A DNA stretch of 64,000 nt. It comes from Eledone cirrhosa. Lineage: Eukaryota. A program made the position numbers and the translations under genes. Below, in pieces: positions 26,701 to 39,356 of this stretch; within the stretch, counting starts at the first letter, position 1, and each line of letters begins with the position of its first letter. Below the pieces are notes generated by a model, which saw nothing but the letters and a program-made list of their open reading frames with translations, was not told the DNA's origin and searched no databases. The DNA is taken from positions 14,136,001-14,200,000 of the forward strand of contig OZ024756.1 of NCBI GenBank assembly GCA_964016885.1. The letters are read 5' to 3'.

Positions 26701-29700
26701 AGTGTCTTTCATTACACATCACCCTCATCATTGTTGTCTTAAAGACATAGGCAGTGTCTTTCATTACACATAACCCTCATCATTGTTGTCTTAAAGACAT
26801 AGGCAGTGTCTTTCATTACACATTATCCTCATCATTGTTGTCTTAAAGACATAGGCAGTGTCTTTCATTACACATCACCCTCATCATTGTTGTCTTAAAG
26901 ACATAGGCAGTGTCTTTCATTACACATCACCCTCATCATTGTTGTCTTAAAGACATAGGCAGTGTCTTTCATTACACATCACCCTCATCATTGTTGTCTT
27001 AAAGACATAGGCAGTGTCTTTCATTACACATTATCCTCATCATTGTTGTCTTAAAGACATAGGCAGTGTCTTTCATTACACATTATCCTCATCATTGTTG
27101 TCTTAAAGACATAGGCAGTGTCTTTCATTACACATAACCCTCATCATTGTTGTCTTAAAGACATAGGCAGTGTCTTTCATTACACATTATCCTCATCATT
27201 GTTGTCTTAAAGACATAGGCAGTGTCTTTCATTACACATAACCCTCATCATTGTTGTCTTAAAGACATAGGCAGTGTCTTTCATTACACATAACCCTCAT
27301 CATTGTTGTCTTAAAGACATAGGCAGTGTCTTTCATTACACATCACCCTCATCATTGTTGTCTTAAAGACATAGGCAGTGTCTTTCATTACACATTATCC
27401 TCATCATTGTTGTCTTAAAGACATAGGCAGTGTCTTTCATTACACATTATCCTCATCATTGTTGTCTTAAAGACATAGGCAGTGTCTTTCATTACACATC
27501 ACCCTTATCATTGTTGTCTTAAAGACATAGGCAGTGTCTTTCATTACACATTATCCTCATCATTGTTGTCTTAAAGACATAGGCAGTGTCTTTCATTACA
27601 CATCATCCTCATCATTGTTGTCTTAAAGACATAGGCAGTGTCTTTCATTACACATTATCCTCATCATTGTTGTCTTAAAGACATAGGCAGTGTCTTTCAT
27701 TACACATAACCCTCATCATTGTTGTCTTAAAGACATAGGCAGTGTCTTTCATTACACATTATCCTCATCATTGTTGTCTTAAAGACATAGGCAGTGTCTT
27801 TCATTACACATAACCCTCATCATTGTTGTCTTAAAGACATAGGCAGTGTCTTTCATTACACATCATCCTCATCATTGTTGTCTTAAAGACATAGGCAGTG
27901 TCTTTCATTACACATAACCCTCATCATTGTTGTCTTAAAGACATAGGCAGTGTCTTTCATTACACATCATCCTCATCATTGTTGTCTTAAAGACATAGGC
28001 AGTGTCTTTCATTACACATTATCCTCATCATTGTTGTCTTAAAGACATAGGCAGTGTCTTTCATTACACATCACCCTCATCATTGTTGTCTTAAAGACAT
28101 AGGCAGTGTCTTTCATTACACATTATCCTCATCATTGTTGTCTTAAAGACATAGGCAGTGTCTTTCATTACACATCATCCTCATCATTGTTGTCTTAAAG
28201 ACATAGGCAGTGTCTTTCATTACACATTATCCTCATCATTGTTGTCTTAAAGACATAGGCAGTGTCTTTCATTACACATAACCCTCATCATTGTTGTCTT
28301 AAAGACATAGGCAGTGTCTTTCATTACACATTATCCTCATCATTGTTGTCTTAAAGACATAGGCAGTGTCTTTCATTACACATAACCCTCATCATTGTTG
28401 TCTTAAAGACATAGGCAGTGTCTTTCATTACACATCATCCTCATCATTGTTGTCTTAAAGACATAGGCAGTGTCTTTCATTACACATAACCCTCATCATT
28501 GTTGTCTTAAAGACATAGGCAGTGTCTTTCATTACACATCATCCTCATCATTGTTGTCTTAAAGACATAGGCAGTGTCTTTCATTACACATTATCCTCAT
28601 CATTGTTGTCTTAAAGACATAGGCAGTGTCTTTCATTACACATCACCCTCATCATTGTTGTCTTAAAGACATAGGCAGTGTCTTTCATTACACATTATCC
28701 TCATCATTGTTGTCTTAAAGACATAGGCAGTGTCTTTCATTACACATCATCCTCATCATTGTTGTCTTAAAGACATAGGCAGTGTCTTTCATTACACATT
28801 ATCCTCATCATTGTTGTCTTAAAGACATAGGCAGTGTCTTTCATTACACATCACCCTCATCATTGTTGTCTTAAAGACATAGGCAGTGTCTTTCATTACA
28901 CATTATCCTCATCATTGTTGTCTTAAAGACATAGGCAGTGTCTTTCATTACACATTATCCTCATCATTGTTGTCTTAAAGACATAGGCAGTGTCTTTCAT
29001 TACACATCACCCTCATCATTGTTGTCTTAAAGACATAGGCAGTGTCTTTCATTACACATTATCCTCATCATTGTTGTCTTAAAGACATAGGCAGTGTCTT
29101 TCATTACACATCATCCTCATCATTGTTGTCTTAAAGACATAGGCAGTGTCTTTCATTACACATTATCCTCATCATTGTTGTCTTAAAGACATAGGCAGTG
29201 TCTTTCATTACACATAACCCTCATCATTGTTGTCTTAAAGACATAGGCAGTGTCTTTCATTACACATTATCCTCATCATTGTTGTCTTAAAGACATAGGC
29301 AGTGTCTTTCATTACACATAACCCTCATCATTGTTGTCTTAAAGACATAGGCAGTGTCTTTCATTACACATTATCCTCATCATTGTTGTCTTAAAGACAT
29401 AGGCAGTGTCTTTCATTACACATCACCCTCATCATTGTTGTCTTAAAGACATAGGCAGTGTCTTTCATTACACATAACCCTCATCATTGTTGTCTTAAAG
29501 ACATAGGCAGTGTCTTTCATTACACATTATCCTCATCATTGTTGTCTTAAAGACATAGGCAGTGTCTTTCATTACACATCACCCTCATCATTGTTGTCTT
29601 AAAGACATAGGCAGTGTCTTTCATTACACATAACCCTCATCATTGTTGTCTTAAAGACATAGGCAGTGTCTTTCATTACACATTATCCTCATCATTGTTG

Positions 29701-30718
29701 TCTTAAAGACATAGGCAGTGTCTTTCATTACACATCACCCTCATCATTGTTGTCTTAAAGACATAGGCAGTGTCTTTCATTACACATAACCCTCATCATT
29801 GTTGTCTTAAAGACATAGGCAGTGTCTTTCATTACACATTATCCTCATCATTGTTGTCTTAAAGACATAGGCAGTGTCTTTCATTACACATCACCCTCAT
29901 CATTGTTGTCTTAAAGACATAGGCAGTGTCTTTCATTACACATAACCCTCATCATTGTTGTCTTAAAGACATAGGCAGTGTCTTTCATTACACATTATCC
30001 TCATCATTGTTGTCTTAAAGACATAGGCAGTGTCTTTCATTACACATTATCCTCATCATTGTTGTCTTAAAGACATAGGCAGTGTCTTTCATTACACATT
30101 ATCCTCATCATTGTTGTCTTAAAGACATAGGCAGTGTCTTTCATTACACATTATCCTCATCATTGTTGTCTTAAAGACATAGGCAGTGTCTTTCATTACA
30201 CATTATCCTCATCATTGTTGTCTTAAAGACATAGGCAGTGTCTTTCATTACACATAACCCTCATCATTGTTGTCTTAAAGACATAGGCAGTGTCTTTCAT
30301 TACACATCATCCTCATCATTGTTGTCTTAAAGACATAAGCAGTGTCTTTCATTACACATTATCCTCATCATTGTTGTCTTAAAGACATAGGCAGTGTCTT
30401 TCATTACACATCACCCTCATCATTGTTTTCTTAAAGACATAGGCAGTGTCTTTCATTACACATCACCCTCATCATTGTTGTCTTAAAGACATAAGCAGTG
30501 TCTTTCATTACACATCATCCTCATCATTGTTGTCTTAAAGACATAGGCAGTGTCTTTCATTACACATCATCCTCATCATTGTTGACTTAAAGACATAGGC
30601 AGTGTCTTTCATTACACATCATCCTCATCATTGTTGTCTTAAAGACATAGGCAGTGTCTTTCATTACACATCATCCTCATCATTGTTGTCTTAAAGACAT
30701 AAGCAGTGTCTTTCATTA
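14734..30718. repeat. Intronic tandem array, 52-bp unit x ~307
   Basis: Unit CATAGGCAGTGTCTTTCATTACACA[TTAT/TCAC/TCAT/TAAC]CCTCATCATTGTTGTCTTAAAGA. Register returns every 780 bp (15 units); no indels seen. 15985 bp / 52 = ~307 units. Confidence 0.98.
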
Positions 30719-30747
30719 GAATTATGGCAATGAAATGTTACAAACAC

Positions 30748-30784
<37 letters not shown>

Positions 30785-30789
30785 AATAC

Positions 30790-30912
30790 CAGAATTCTTT
30801 GATTTGTCCCCACTGTCGGCATCACAGTCATTCTTCTTATGATGAATAAAGTTGGTAATATTCTGCAGTGGGAACTCTCGCAGACATCGACCACATGTTA
30901 AATAATCACAAT
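30790..30912 (-). CDS. Internal exon encoding the BCL11-type N-terminal CCHC zinc finger
   Basis: tttctacag|AT TGT...AAT TCT G|gtattt, 123 bp, phase 1/1, encoding xCDYLTCGRCLREFPLQNITNFIHHKKNDCDADSGDKSKNS. Matches the BCL11 ZF0 pattern D.LTCG.C...FPL..I..FI.HK...C and splices in frame (G|AT) to 14128. Confidence 0.92.
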
Positions 30913-31059
30913 CTGTAGAAACAAGAAAAATAATATAGGAGGTATTTTAGGAGTTTTAATAGTAGGGACCTATGTCCTATCTGGTTATATCATCATCATT
31001 TTACGTCCGTTTTTCCCTGCTTGCAAGGGTTGGACGGGTCCTATTCAGCACAGCATCTA

Positions 31060-33635
31060 GTGTACTGAACCAGAATTTGTCGAATCTTACTGTCGAATTG
31101 TTGATTTGAGAAATGTAATGTATTCAGTTCATTTTCATGTCATCTCTCCATGTTTCTTGGTCCATTTACCTATCAGTATTTAAACTGTTATTAATCTGTT
31201 ATATCTCCGTTTAACTTAGAACCTAATCTTTTCAATATTATCGATAATTCTGTCGGACCCTCAAAAATAATCTTCTCATATTTAAACTCCGATTACTTGT
31301 TATATGTTCTAACTTATTGATAATAAGGTTGAATATGTAGGACCTTTATAAAAATAATCTTCTCGTTAACTTTCCCATTTCCCTTCCCTATGCCACCATT
31401 ACTATTTGGTCCAATCATAATTCAGCGGTTTAAAGTATGTTTCTCTTACCAATCGCTAACACAAAACCACCGCCTCGGCTATTACTCCTTAAGTTTAGAC
31501 CTGGTTGCTTTTCGATATGCTAAATGGACTACAGAATTTGGAGAGTCTGAAGAATCTGAACACTCAATGACAATGTCAAAAATAAAGATAAATTCACCTC
31601 CTGTTGCCGGACGAGAATGCAAGGACTCCTCTTTATTTTAGACAGGGATGGCCAACATAATTCCATCTCCCACACCCTCCAACCCATCCCTTCCACCCAC
31701 CAAACGAAATCCAAAACTTCAGAGTTGGTACTATGAATGTAGGCACTTTGAAAGGTTGCTCTAATGAGGTTGTAGAGATGCTTGAGCGTAGGATGTTGAT
31801 GTTTGTTGTGTTCAAGAGACTAGGTGGAGGGGTGGGTCTGCTAGATTCATTGTGGATAAAAAACGATGCTATAAACTTTTCTGGGTGGGAAATGACAATG
31901 GGCTGGGTGGTGTAGGAATTATGTTAGCAGAAAAATGAGTAGATAAGGTAATTGCCGTAAATAGAGTGAACGACAGAATAATTAAAATAAGACTAGTCCT
32001 AAATAGAACTACTGTGACAATAATATCCACTTATGCACCCCAATCAGGACTACCTGACATTATAAAAGACAGATTCTATGAGTCGCAAATGCTCACTACC
32101 TCCTAACTAACCGACAGTGACTACATAATTATTGCTGGTGACCTAAATGGTCATGTTGGACAACATTGTGATGGCTATGACGGAATCAATGGAGGCTATG
32201 GGTTTGGTACTAGAAATGAGGAAGGCTTCAGAATCCTGTGACGCTAATAACCTAACTATCTGTAACAAACCTAAAAAAACGAGACAATCACTTGATTACC
32301 TATAGATCAGGGGAACATGCCAGTCAGATAGATTATATCCTTACTAGAAGATGTGACAGAGTATCTGTTGTAAACACTAAATCCCTCCCCCGTGAAGAAT
32401 GCACCTCCCAACATAGCCTCATAGTTAGTGACCTCATAGTCAGGACTAGACGTATTCAACAACAGAGGAGGATTACTCTGAGGAGAAGAATATGGAAGGA
32501 CCCCACAGCCAGTAAAAAATTTAAAATTTGATGCTTTTGACAGTAAGGAAGAGCAATTAGAGACGTACAATATAGAGGAACAGTGGGAATTCTTGAAAGT
32601 TAACCTGCTGAAGGTGACAGATGAAATCTGTGGCTGGAGCAGACCTATAGGCAGAAGGAGAGTAACTTGGTGGTGGAACAGTAAGGTGGAGGAGACAATC
32701 AAGACCAACAAGCAGGCTTGGAAAGTATGGAAGGATGAGGGGAAGTAGAGAGCACTATCAAGTGGCCAGGAGAGAAGCTAGGAGACAAGTGTACTTAACA
32801 TGAAGGGAAGCAGAGGAAAGAAAGTTCAAGCATGTTCTACAATGCGAGGACCAAAAACGTGAGGTGTTCAGGATTGCTAGACAATGTGTCAAGGAAGACC
32901 GTGATATTGTCGGGGAGAAGTGTGTCCATAATGATGATGGCATACGTGCCCTCACTGATAAGAAGGTAGCTTGGAAGTATCACTACGAGAGACTACTAAA
33001 AGAGAATAAATGGGAAAAAAGATAGTTGCCCCAAATCGATCCAATAGAGGGACCAGCGGTGCAAGTTAAAGGTAGTATAATAAGTAAGGCAATCAAAGAT
33101 ATGAAGATAGGCAAGGCAGCTGGGCCTTCAGAGATAGTTGTGAGATGTTGAAAGTATCTGGAATGGTGGAACATACTATGATCACTCGGATACTAAATCA
33201 AGTAATACAGAATGGGGTCATACCAAATGACTGGCGTTGCAGCATCATCATTAGAAAGAGTTATAGCACAACAAATCAGAGATTGAATTGATCTAGATGA
33301 AATGAAGTTTGGGTTTGTGTCAGGTAAAAGTACCACAGACGCACTTTTCCTTGTTCGACAACCACAGGAGAAGTACCTAGCTAAAAGTAAACCCCTCTAC
33401 TTAGCTTTTGTAGACCTGGAGAAAGCCTTTGACAGAGTCCCCCGCTCCATTATCTGGTGGGCTCTTAGAAAACTTGGAGTAGATGAATGGCTTGTGAGAG
33501 CTATACAAACCATGTATAAAGAAACAGTCAGCAAGGTTAGAATGAATATAGTGAAGAATTTAGCGTAAAATTTGGTGTTCATCAAGGCTCTGTCCTTAGC
33601 CCCCTCCTATTTATTATTGACCTTCAGGCTATAAT
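31060..33635 (+). mobile_element. Decayed RTE-clade LINE, 3'-truncated (5' UTR, APE, part of RT)
   Basis: NVGTLKG at 31733, YAPQSG, QIDYIL and FVDLEKAFDRV at 33302-33568. The 5' limit is approximate. Confidence 0.85.
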
Positions 33636-34016
33636 GAACTGTGGAACTAGTACCAACTTGGCCACTTACTCAGGCCGCTACTATTTATATGTAGTGGTCC
33701 AGCCCATTCTCGCCAGGGTGGGTGGGTGGGGGTGTCGTACTCTCGCACAACACTCTCTTAGTTTGTTTATGCTTTGCCGTTCATGTATACAGTAGGCCCC
33801 TGGTATTTGTGGGGGTTATGTTTCTAGAGCACCCGCGAAAAGTGAAAAACCGCGAATATTGGATGTGGTCCTATAGACGTCAAAACATAACGTAAAATAT
33901 AGGCCAGCAAATACATCATCATCATCATCATTTTATGTCCGCTTGAAAAAAAAAATGATGATGATGATGATATTGTTATTAATAATTTAGCATATAAAAG
34001 CATGAAAAAATATATA

Positions 34017-34200
34017 TTTGTTTCTACTTTTGGCACAAGGCCAGCAATTATCCCAGTGTATTACTGGTACTTTATTTTTTCGACCCCCGTAAGGATGAAA
34101 GGCAAAGTTAACCTCAACGGGATTTGAACTCAGAATGGCAAGGGCCGTAACTCTTTGCTGCAAAGCATGGCGTCCGACCCTCTACCGATACTACCAATCC
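34017..34200 (-). mobile_element. SINE family B
   Basis: Matches 14455-14646; a further partial copy lies at ~34910-35016. Confidence 0.85.
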
Positions 34201-34364
34201 ATATATTGCCACGAAAAAAGCCTTGAAAAAATCATGGAAGATATTTATGATTCCTTGAATATGCAGTGGTTTCTATGAACAATTATTAGTTAGGTTATCA
34301 GGAAAATTCCATGAATAACCTGGACCATGAATGCTGAGGGTACGCTGTATTACTATTACACATC

Positions 34365-34750
34365 CATTGGAGCATGCAATCTATGCAAGTCTTCAGCACA
34401 CAGTGCCCAGGTCTCACTTCTATGCAACATTGCTGTTCATATGCACGCATCATACAGAGAAAAACCTTTTGTAGCTAGCAGCGGTAGTAGCTCCCCGAAC
34501 TTCTTCCATCTTGTTCTCACTCTGGTTACTGTACTTTCAGAAAACTCACCTCTGCTGCTAATATAGTCGCCCAGGTAGAAGCTGTATATTACGTTTACTG
34601 AACCTTCTTGGAATTTGATAGCGCTTGTTTCCTTCATTTGCTGCTTACTGTCCCAGTGTAAAACCTACATTTTTAGCAAAACTTCCCGAGATCCCACTAC
34701 ATCTCTTGTGTACCCATAGTTTACATTTGGGAGGACAGAGGATGGAATTT
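34365..34750 (-). mobile_element. RTE LINE internal fragment
   Basis: NSILC...CKLWVHKRCSG and YLGD...WKKFGELLPLL remnants. Confidence 0.85.
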
Positions 34751-35130
34751 CTATTAATATATACATACACACACACACACACATATATGTATACACACAC
34801 ACATGCATATATATATATATATATATACATTAGTAGTTTATCAACACAAACACATCATATATATTTAAATATCTTTTGCATTGTAAATAGTGAGTAGTTG
34901 TAAATATATAATTGTTTCTACTTTTGACACAAGGCCGGCAATTACCCAGTACATTACTGGTACTTTATTTTATCGACCCCGTAAGGATGAAAGGCAAAGT
35001 TGACCTCGGCGGGATTGTAAATATATAATGATAATAATACAGAGCTTGTTTGATGGAGGTGGTAATCATGGCAATGATAATGGGAATGCTGGTGATAATG
35101 TGTGAAAGGCAGAAGGGCAAGCTGTTGCTA

Positions 35131-35473
35131 TATCATCATCATCATCATCATTTTACGTCCGCTTTTCCCTGCTTGCAAGGGTGGGACGGGAACTGATTCT
35201 GGCTTGATTTCTACAGCTGGATGCCCTTCCTAACACCAACCTCATTTACAGTGAGTGCTGGGTGCTTTTTTGCCGTGGCACCTCCACGACCACTTTGCAG
35301 TGGAATGACAGGGACCCCAGTCCTTATCATCTCATTTCTACAGCTGAGTAAACTGGAGCAATGTGAAATAAAGTGTCTTGCTCAAGGAAACAACACATCA
35401 CCCAGTCTGAGAATTGAACTCACAACCTTTCGATTGCAAGGCCAATGCTCTAACCACTAAGCCATGTGCCTCC
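35131..35473 (-). mobile_element. SINE family A
   Basis: Near-identical to 11190-11531. Confidence 0.9.
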
Positions 35474-35483
35474 ATATATGTAA

Positions 35484-35572
<89 letters not shown>

Positions 35573-35739
35573 TAGGGAAGAATGTCTTTAACTACGTAGT
35601 AAAGATAACATCCCAACAGCACTTGGTTACCTTCAAAATACTGCAACAGCAAAGACAGGAGGAGTTATCTTTCCTGAATTCCACTATCTACACATTCCAT
35701 CATGTGTGTATACATATATGTATGCACATACATATATAT

Positions 35740-36533
35740 ATAAAATGTACACAATGCAGATCTTGGGTGCACAAGAGATGTAGTGAGATAGCAGACAAAC
35801 TAACAGGTAGGGAGAAATACGTATGCAGATGTACAACGAATTAGACAGTAGAATTCGCAGTGATAGACACATTTTTCAAATGCAGGTGGGTTCTATAGAA
35901 GTGGTTGATAGCTTCCGATACCTAGGTGATCAGATTAGCATGGGAGAGGGGGGGGGGGTGTTCCAAGGCCATAGTATCTAGAATAAGGACGGGTTGGAAG
36001 AAGTTCAGGGAGCTGCTTCCTCTGTTGACGAAGAAGGGTTTCTCCCTCCGCACAAAAGGCCGGTTATATGATGCCTGTATGAGATGTGCAATGCTGCATG
36101 GTAGTGAGACATGGGCAGCAACTGTGGAGGATATGCGACGGCTGAAGAGAAATGAAGCAAGCATGCACCGTTGGATGTGCAATGTCAATGTGCGTGAACG
36201 ACCAACCATAGATGAGTTGAGAGAGAAACTGTGTATAACAGGGATAAGTTGTCGTGTGCGGGAGAGAAGACTGTGATGGTATGGACATGTGATGCGCATG
36301 GAGGATGACCGCTGAGTAAAGAAGTGCCAAGAAATCCCAGTGGAAGGAAGACACAGTAGAGGAATTACAAAAAACATGGGTGGAGGTGGTGAGAGCAGAC
36401 CTCAGATCACTGAAGCTCACGGTGGATATGACGAAGGATTGTGACAAGTGGAGAGATGCTGTGCTGAATAGGACCCGTCCCACCCTTGCAAGCAGGGAAA
36501 AGCGGACGTAAAATGGTGATGATGATGATAATG
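35740..36533 (+). mobile_element. 3' fragment of RTE LINE (second subfamily)
   Basis: KCTQCRSWVHKRCS, GWKKFRELLPLL, LHGSETW; tail CCCACCCTTGCAAGCAGGGAAAAGCGGACGTAAAATG. Confidence 0.9.
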
Positions 36534-36654
36534 ATATATATATATGTGTGTACAGATATATTTATTCTATATACATACACACCCATATGGGAGCATATAC
36601 AATGGGAGTACTACATGTAAGACCCCCTCCCCCACCCAACCCGACTACCACATA

Positions 36655-37100
36655 AGACTCCTCCACTCACCTGAATACGACATGAGACTTCACTCCCACT
36701 TGAGTACCACATGAGACTTCACTCCCACCTGAGTACCACACACAACTTCACTCCCACCTGAGTACCACACAACACTTCACTCCCACCTGAGTACCACACA
36801 CGACTTCACTCCCACCTGAGTACCACACAACACTTCACTCCCACCTGAGTACCACACAACACTTCACTCCCACCTGAGTACCACACAAGACTTCACTCCC
36901 ACCTGAGCACCACACAACACTTCACTCCCACCTGAGTACCACATGAGACTTCACTCCCACCTGAGTACCACACACGAGACTTCACTCCCACCTGAGTATC
37001 ACACACGAGACTTCACTCCCACCTGAGTACCACACATGAGACTTCACACCCACCTGAGTACCACACACACGAGACTTCACACCCACCCGAGCACCATACA
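36655..37100. repeat. Minisatellite, ~26-32 bp unit ACTTCACTCCCACCTGAGTACCACAC
   Basis: About 15 tandem copies read directly. Confidence 0.9.
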
Positions 37101-37431
37101 AAACATTAGCTTCTCTACACTCACCCCCACCACAACCATCATCAACTTTTCACAAGTCTGAAAAGTAGAAAAAAAAAAAAAAAAAGAAACTCCATCCATT
37201 GGTCACAAATGACCATGTGATTTACACCTAGAAAGTTCCCCTCTGAGGCACAAATCCAGGTTATTTGTGGAAGACCAGTCGTTGCCTAAGTATACCAGTC
37301 TCCACTCTTCACACCATTGATGTTGTCCAAGGAAAAGTTAATTGCCGATACAGCTTGGCACCAGTGACTTAATAACTCCTATATATACATTATATATACA
37401 CTCTCTCTCACTCTTTTTTTTTTTTATATAT

Positions 37432-38124
37432 GGAGGCACATGGCTTAGTGGTTAGAGCATTGGCCTTGCAATCGAAAGGTTGTGAGTTCAATTCTCAGAC
37501 CGGGTGATGTGTTGTTTCCTTGAGCAAGGCACTTTATTTCACATTGCTCCAGTTTACTCAGCTGTAGAAATGAGATGATAGGGACTGGGGTCACTATCAT
37601 TCCACTGCAAAGTGGTCGTGGAGGTGCCACGGCAAAAAAAAGCACCCAGCACTCACTGTAAATGAGGTTGGTGTTAGGAAGGGCATCCAGCTGTAGAAAT
37701 CAAGCCAGAATCAGTTCCCGTCCCACCCTTGCAAGCAGGGAAAAGCGGACGTAAAATGAAATGATGATTATATATATATATATATATATGTGAAGGCGCA
37801 TGGCTTAGTGGTTAGAGTATTGGGCTTGCAATCGAAAGGTTGTGAGTTCAATTCTCAGACAGGGTGATGTGTTGTTTCCTTGAGAAAGACACTTTATTTC
37901 ACATTGCTCCAGTTTACTCAGCTGTAGAAATGAGATGATAGGAACTGGGGTCCCTATCATTCCACTGCAAAGTGGTCGCGGAGGTGCTACGGCAAAAAAG
38001 CACCCAGCACTCACTGTAAATGAGGTTGGTGTTAGGAAGGGCATGAAGCTGTAGAAATCAAGCCAGAATCAGTTCCCATCCCACCCTTGCAAGCAGGGAA
38101 AAGCGGACGTAAAATGATGATGAT
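37432..38124 (+). mobile_element. Two tandem SINE family A copies
   Basis: ~37432-37767 and ~37792-38124, separated by (TA)n. Confidence 0.9.
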
Positions 38125-38188
38125 TATATATATATATATATATATACAATATATTAACAAATGGAAACTATATTTATAAAACCATATT

Positions 38189-38254
38189 TATTTTATTATA
38201 CATATTTCAAGGGCCACCAAGGCAAATTATGGTGCGCTTTCATCAGATAAAATA
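38189..38254 (-). ncRNA. Hammerhead ribozyme (family H1)
   Basis: Reverse-complement copy of 38381-38446. Confidence 0.75.
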
Positions 38255-38380
38255 CAATACAGATTAGTTTTATAATTAAATATTGACATACCCTGAAAAA
38301 AGACAACCTTAACGGTTGGAGCTTCCTGGATAGTTTTTTCAGGGTATGTCAATATTTAATTATAAAACTAATCTGTATTG

Positions 38381-38446
38381 TATTTTATCTGATGAAAGCG
38401 CACCATAATTTGCCTTGGTGGCCCTTGAAATATGTATAATAAAATA
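38381..38446 (+). ncRNA. Hammerhead ribozyme (family H1)
   Basis: UAUUUUAU-CUGAUGA-AAG(cg CACCA..UGGUG gcc)CUU-GAAA-UAUGUA-U-A-AUAAAAUA: 8-bp stem I, canonical core, short quasi-palindromic stem III. Confidence 0.78.
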
Positions 38447-38577
38447 AATATGGTTTTATAAATATAGTTTCCATTTGTTAATATATTGTATATTTACTCC
38501 ACTAATCTGTTGAGTGCTTTATATCAGTTATAAAAATGTTTAAGCTTGTTGAATCCCAACAAATTAAATATAACCTC

Positions 38578-38623
<46 letters not shown>

Positions 38624-39356
38624 ATATTTGATGATGTCCAAGGGAATTGCAAAAGCCAACACAGTTTGCCACCAGTGACATCACAGCTAATTTCTACAGC
38701 TGAGTGGACTGGAGCAATGGGAAATAAAGGGTCTTGCTCAAAGATACAACACATCAACTGGTCCAGAAATCAAACTCACAACCTTACAATTGCAAGCCCA
38801 ATGCTCTAACTACTCAGCCATGTGTCTTCTCTAAATAATAACAATTGCTTTAAATATAGGTGTGAAGCTAGTCAGGTGTGGGCCTATTTGTGCCTTTAAA
38901 CTGGTTGAATCTAGTTAGAATTCTCTCACCTCTTTCTGTTCAAACCTGATCTTAAGGTATTGTTCTCAAAAAAAATATGATAGTATATATAGAGTAATGT
39001 AAATATAAAATAATGTTAACCACATACATATATATATACATACATACACTCTAAATCCCTGCTAGCGTGGAAGATAGACGTTAAACGATGATGACTCACA
39101 AGTACTCATGCAAATATACAAACAATTTTTTTGTATATGTAAGCTATATTATTTTGTATTTCCTATTGATATTTTGAAAATAATAAAAATAATGCTACTT
39201 TTAACAAATACTTATTACAATACCATGAGAAAAATGGAGACTCTACAATATTGGCTGGACTGTATATTTCAGTAGTACCACCACTGAACACAGACAATAT
39301 AGTGACCTCAGTGGTCAGTGTGTCAAACTAAAATATTGGCTGGACTATATATTTCA

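Larger units (their letters stand above)
38142..38580. mobile_element. Fold-back Penelope-pLTR-like insertion with two opposed hammerhead copies
   Basis: 160-bp apparently perfect inverted arms at 38142-38301 and 38334-38493, 32-nt spacer, flanked by (TA)n. Confidence 0.75.

Noticed and set aside
14734-30718. CRISPR-like array
   Set aside because: Units are contiguous with no unique spacers, the context is a eukaryotic intron, and there are no cas genes.
14734-30718. Tandem C/D-box snoRNA cluster (AUGAUGA box C in every unit on the sense strand)
   Set aside because: The unit has no CUGA box D and no terminal stem arrangement.
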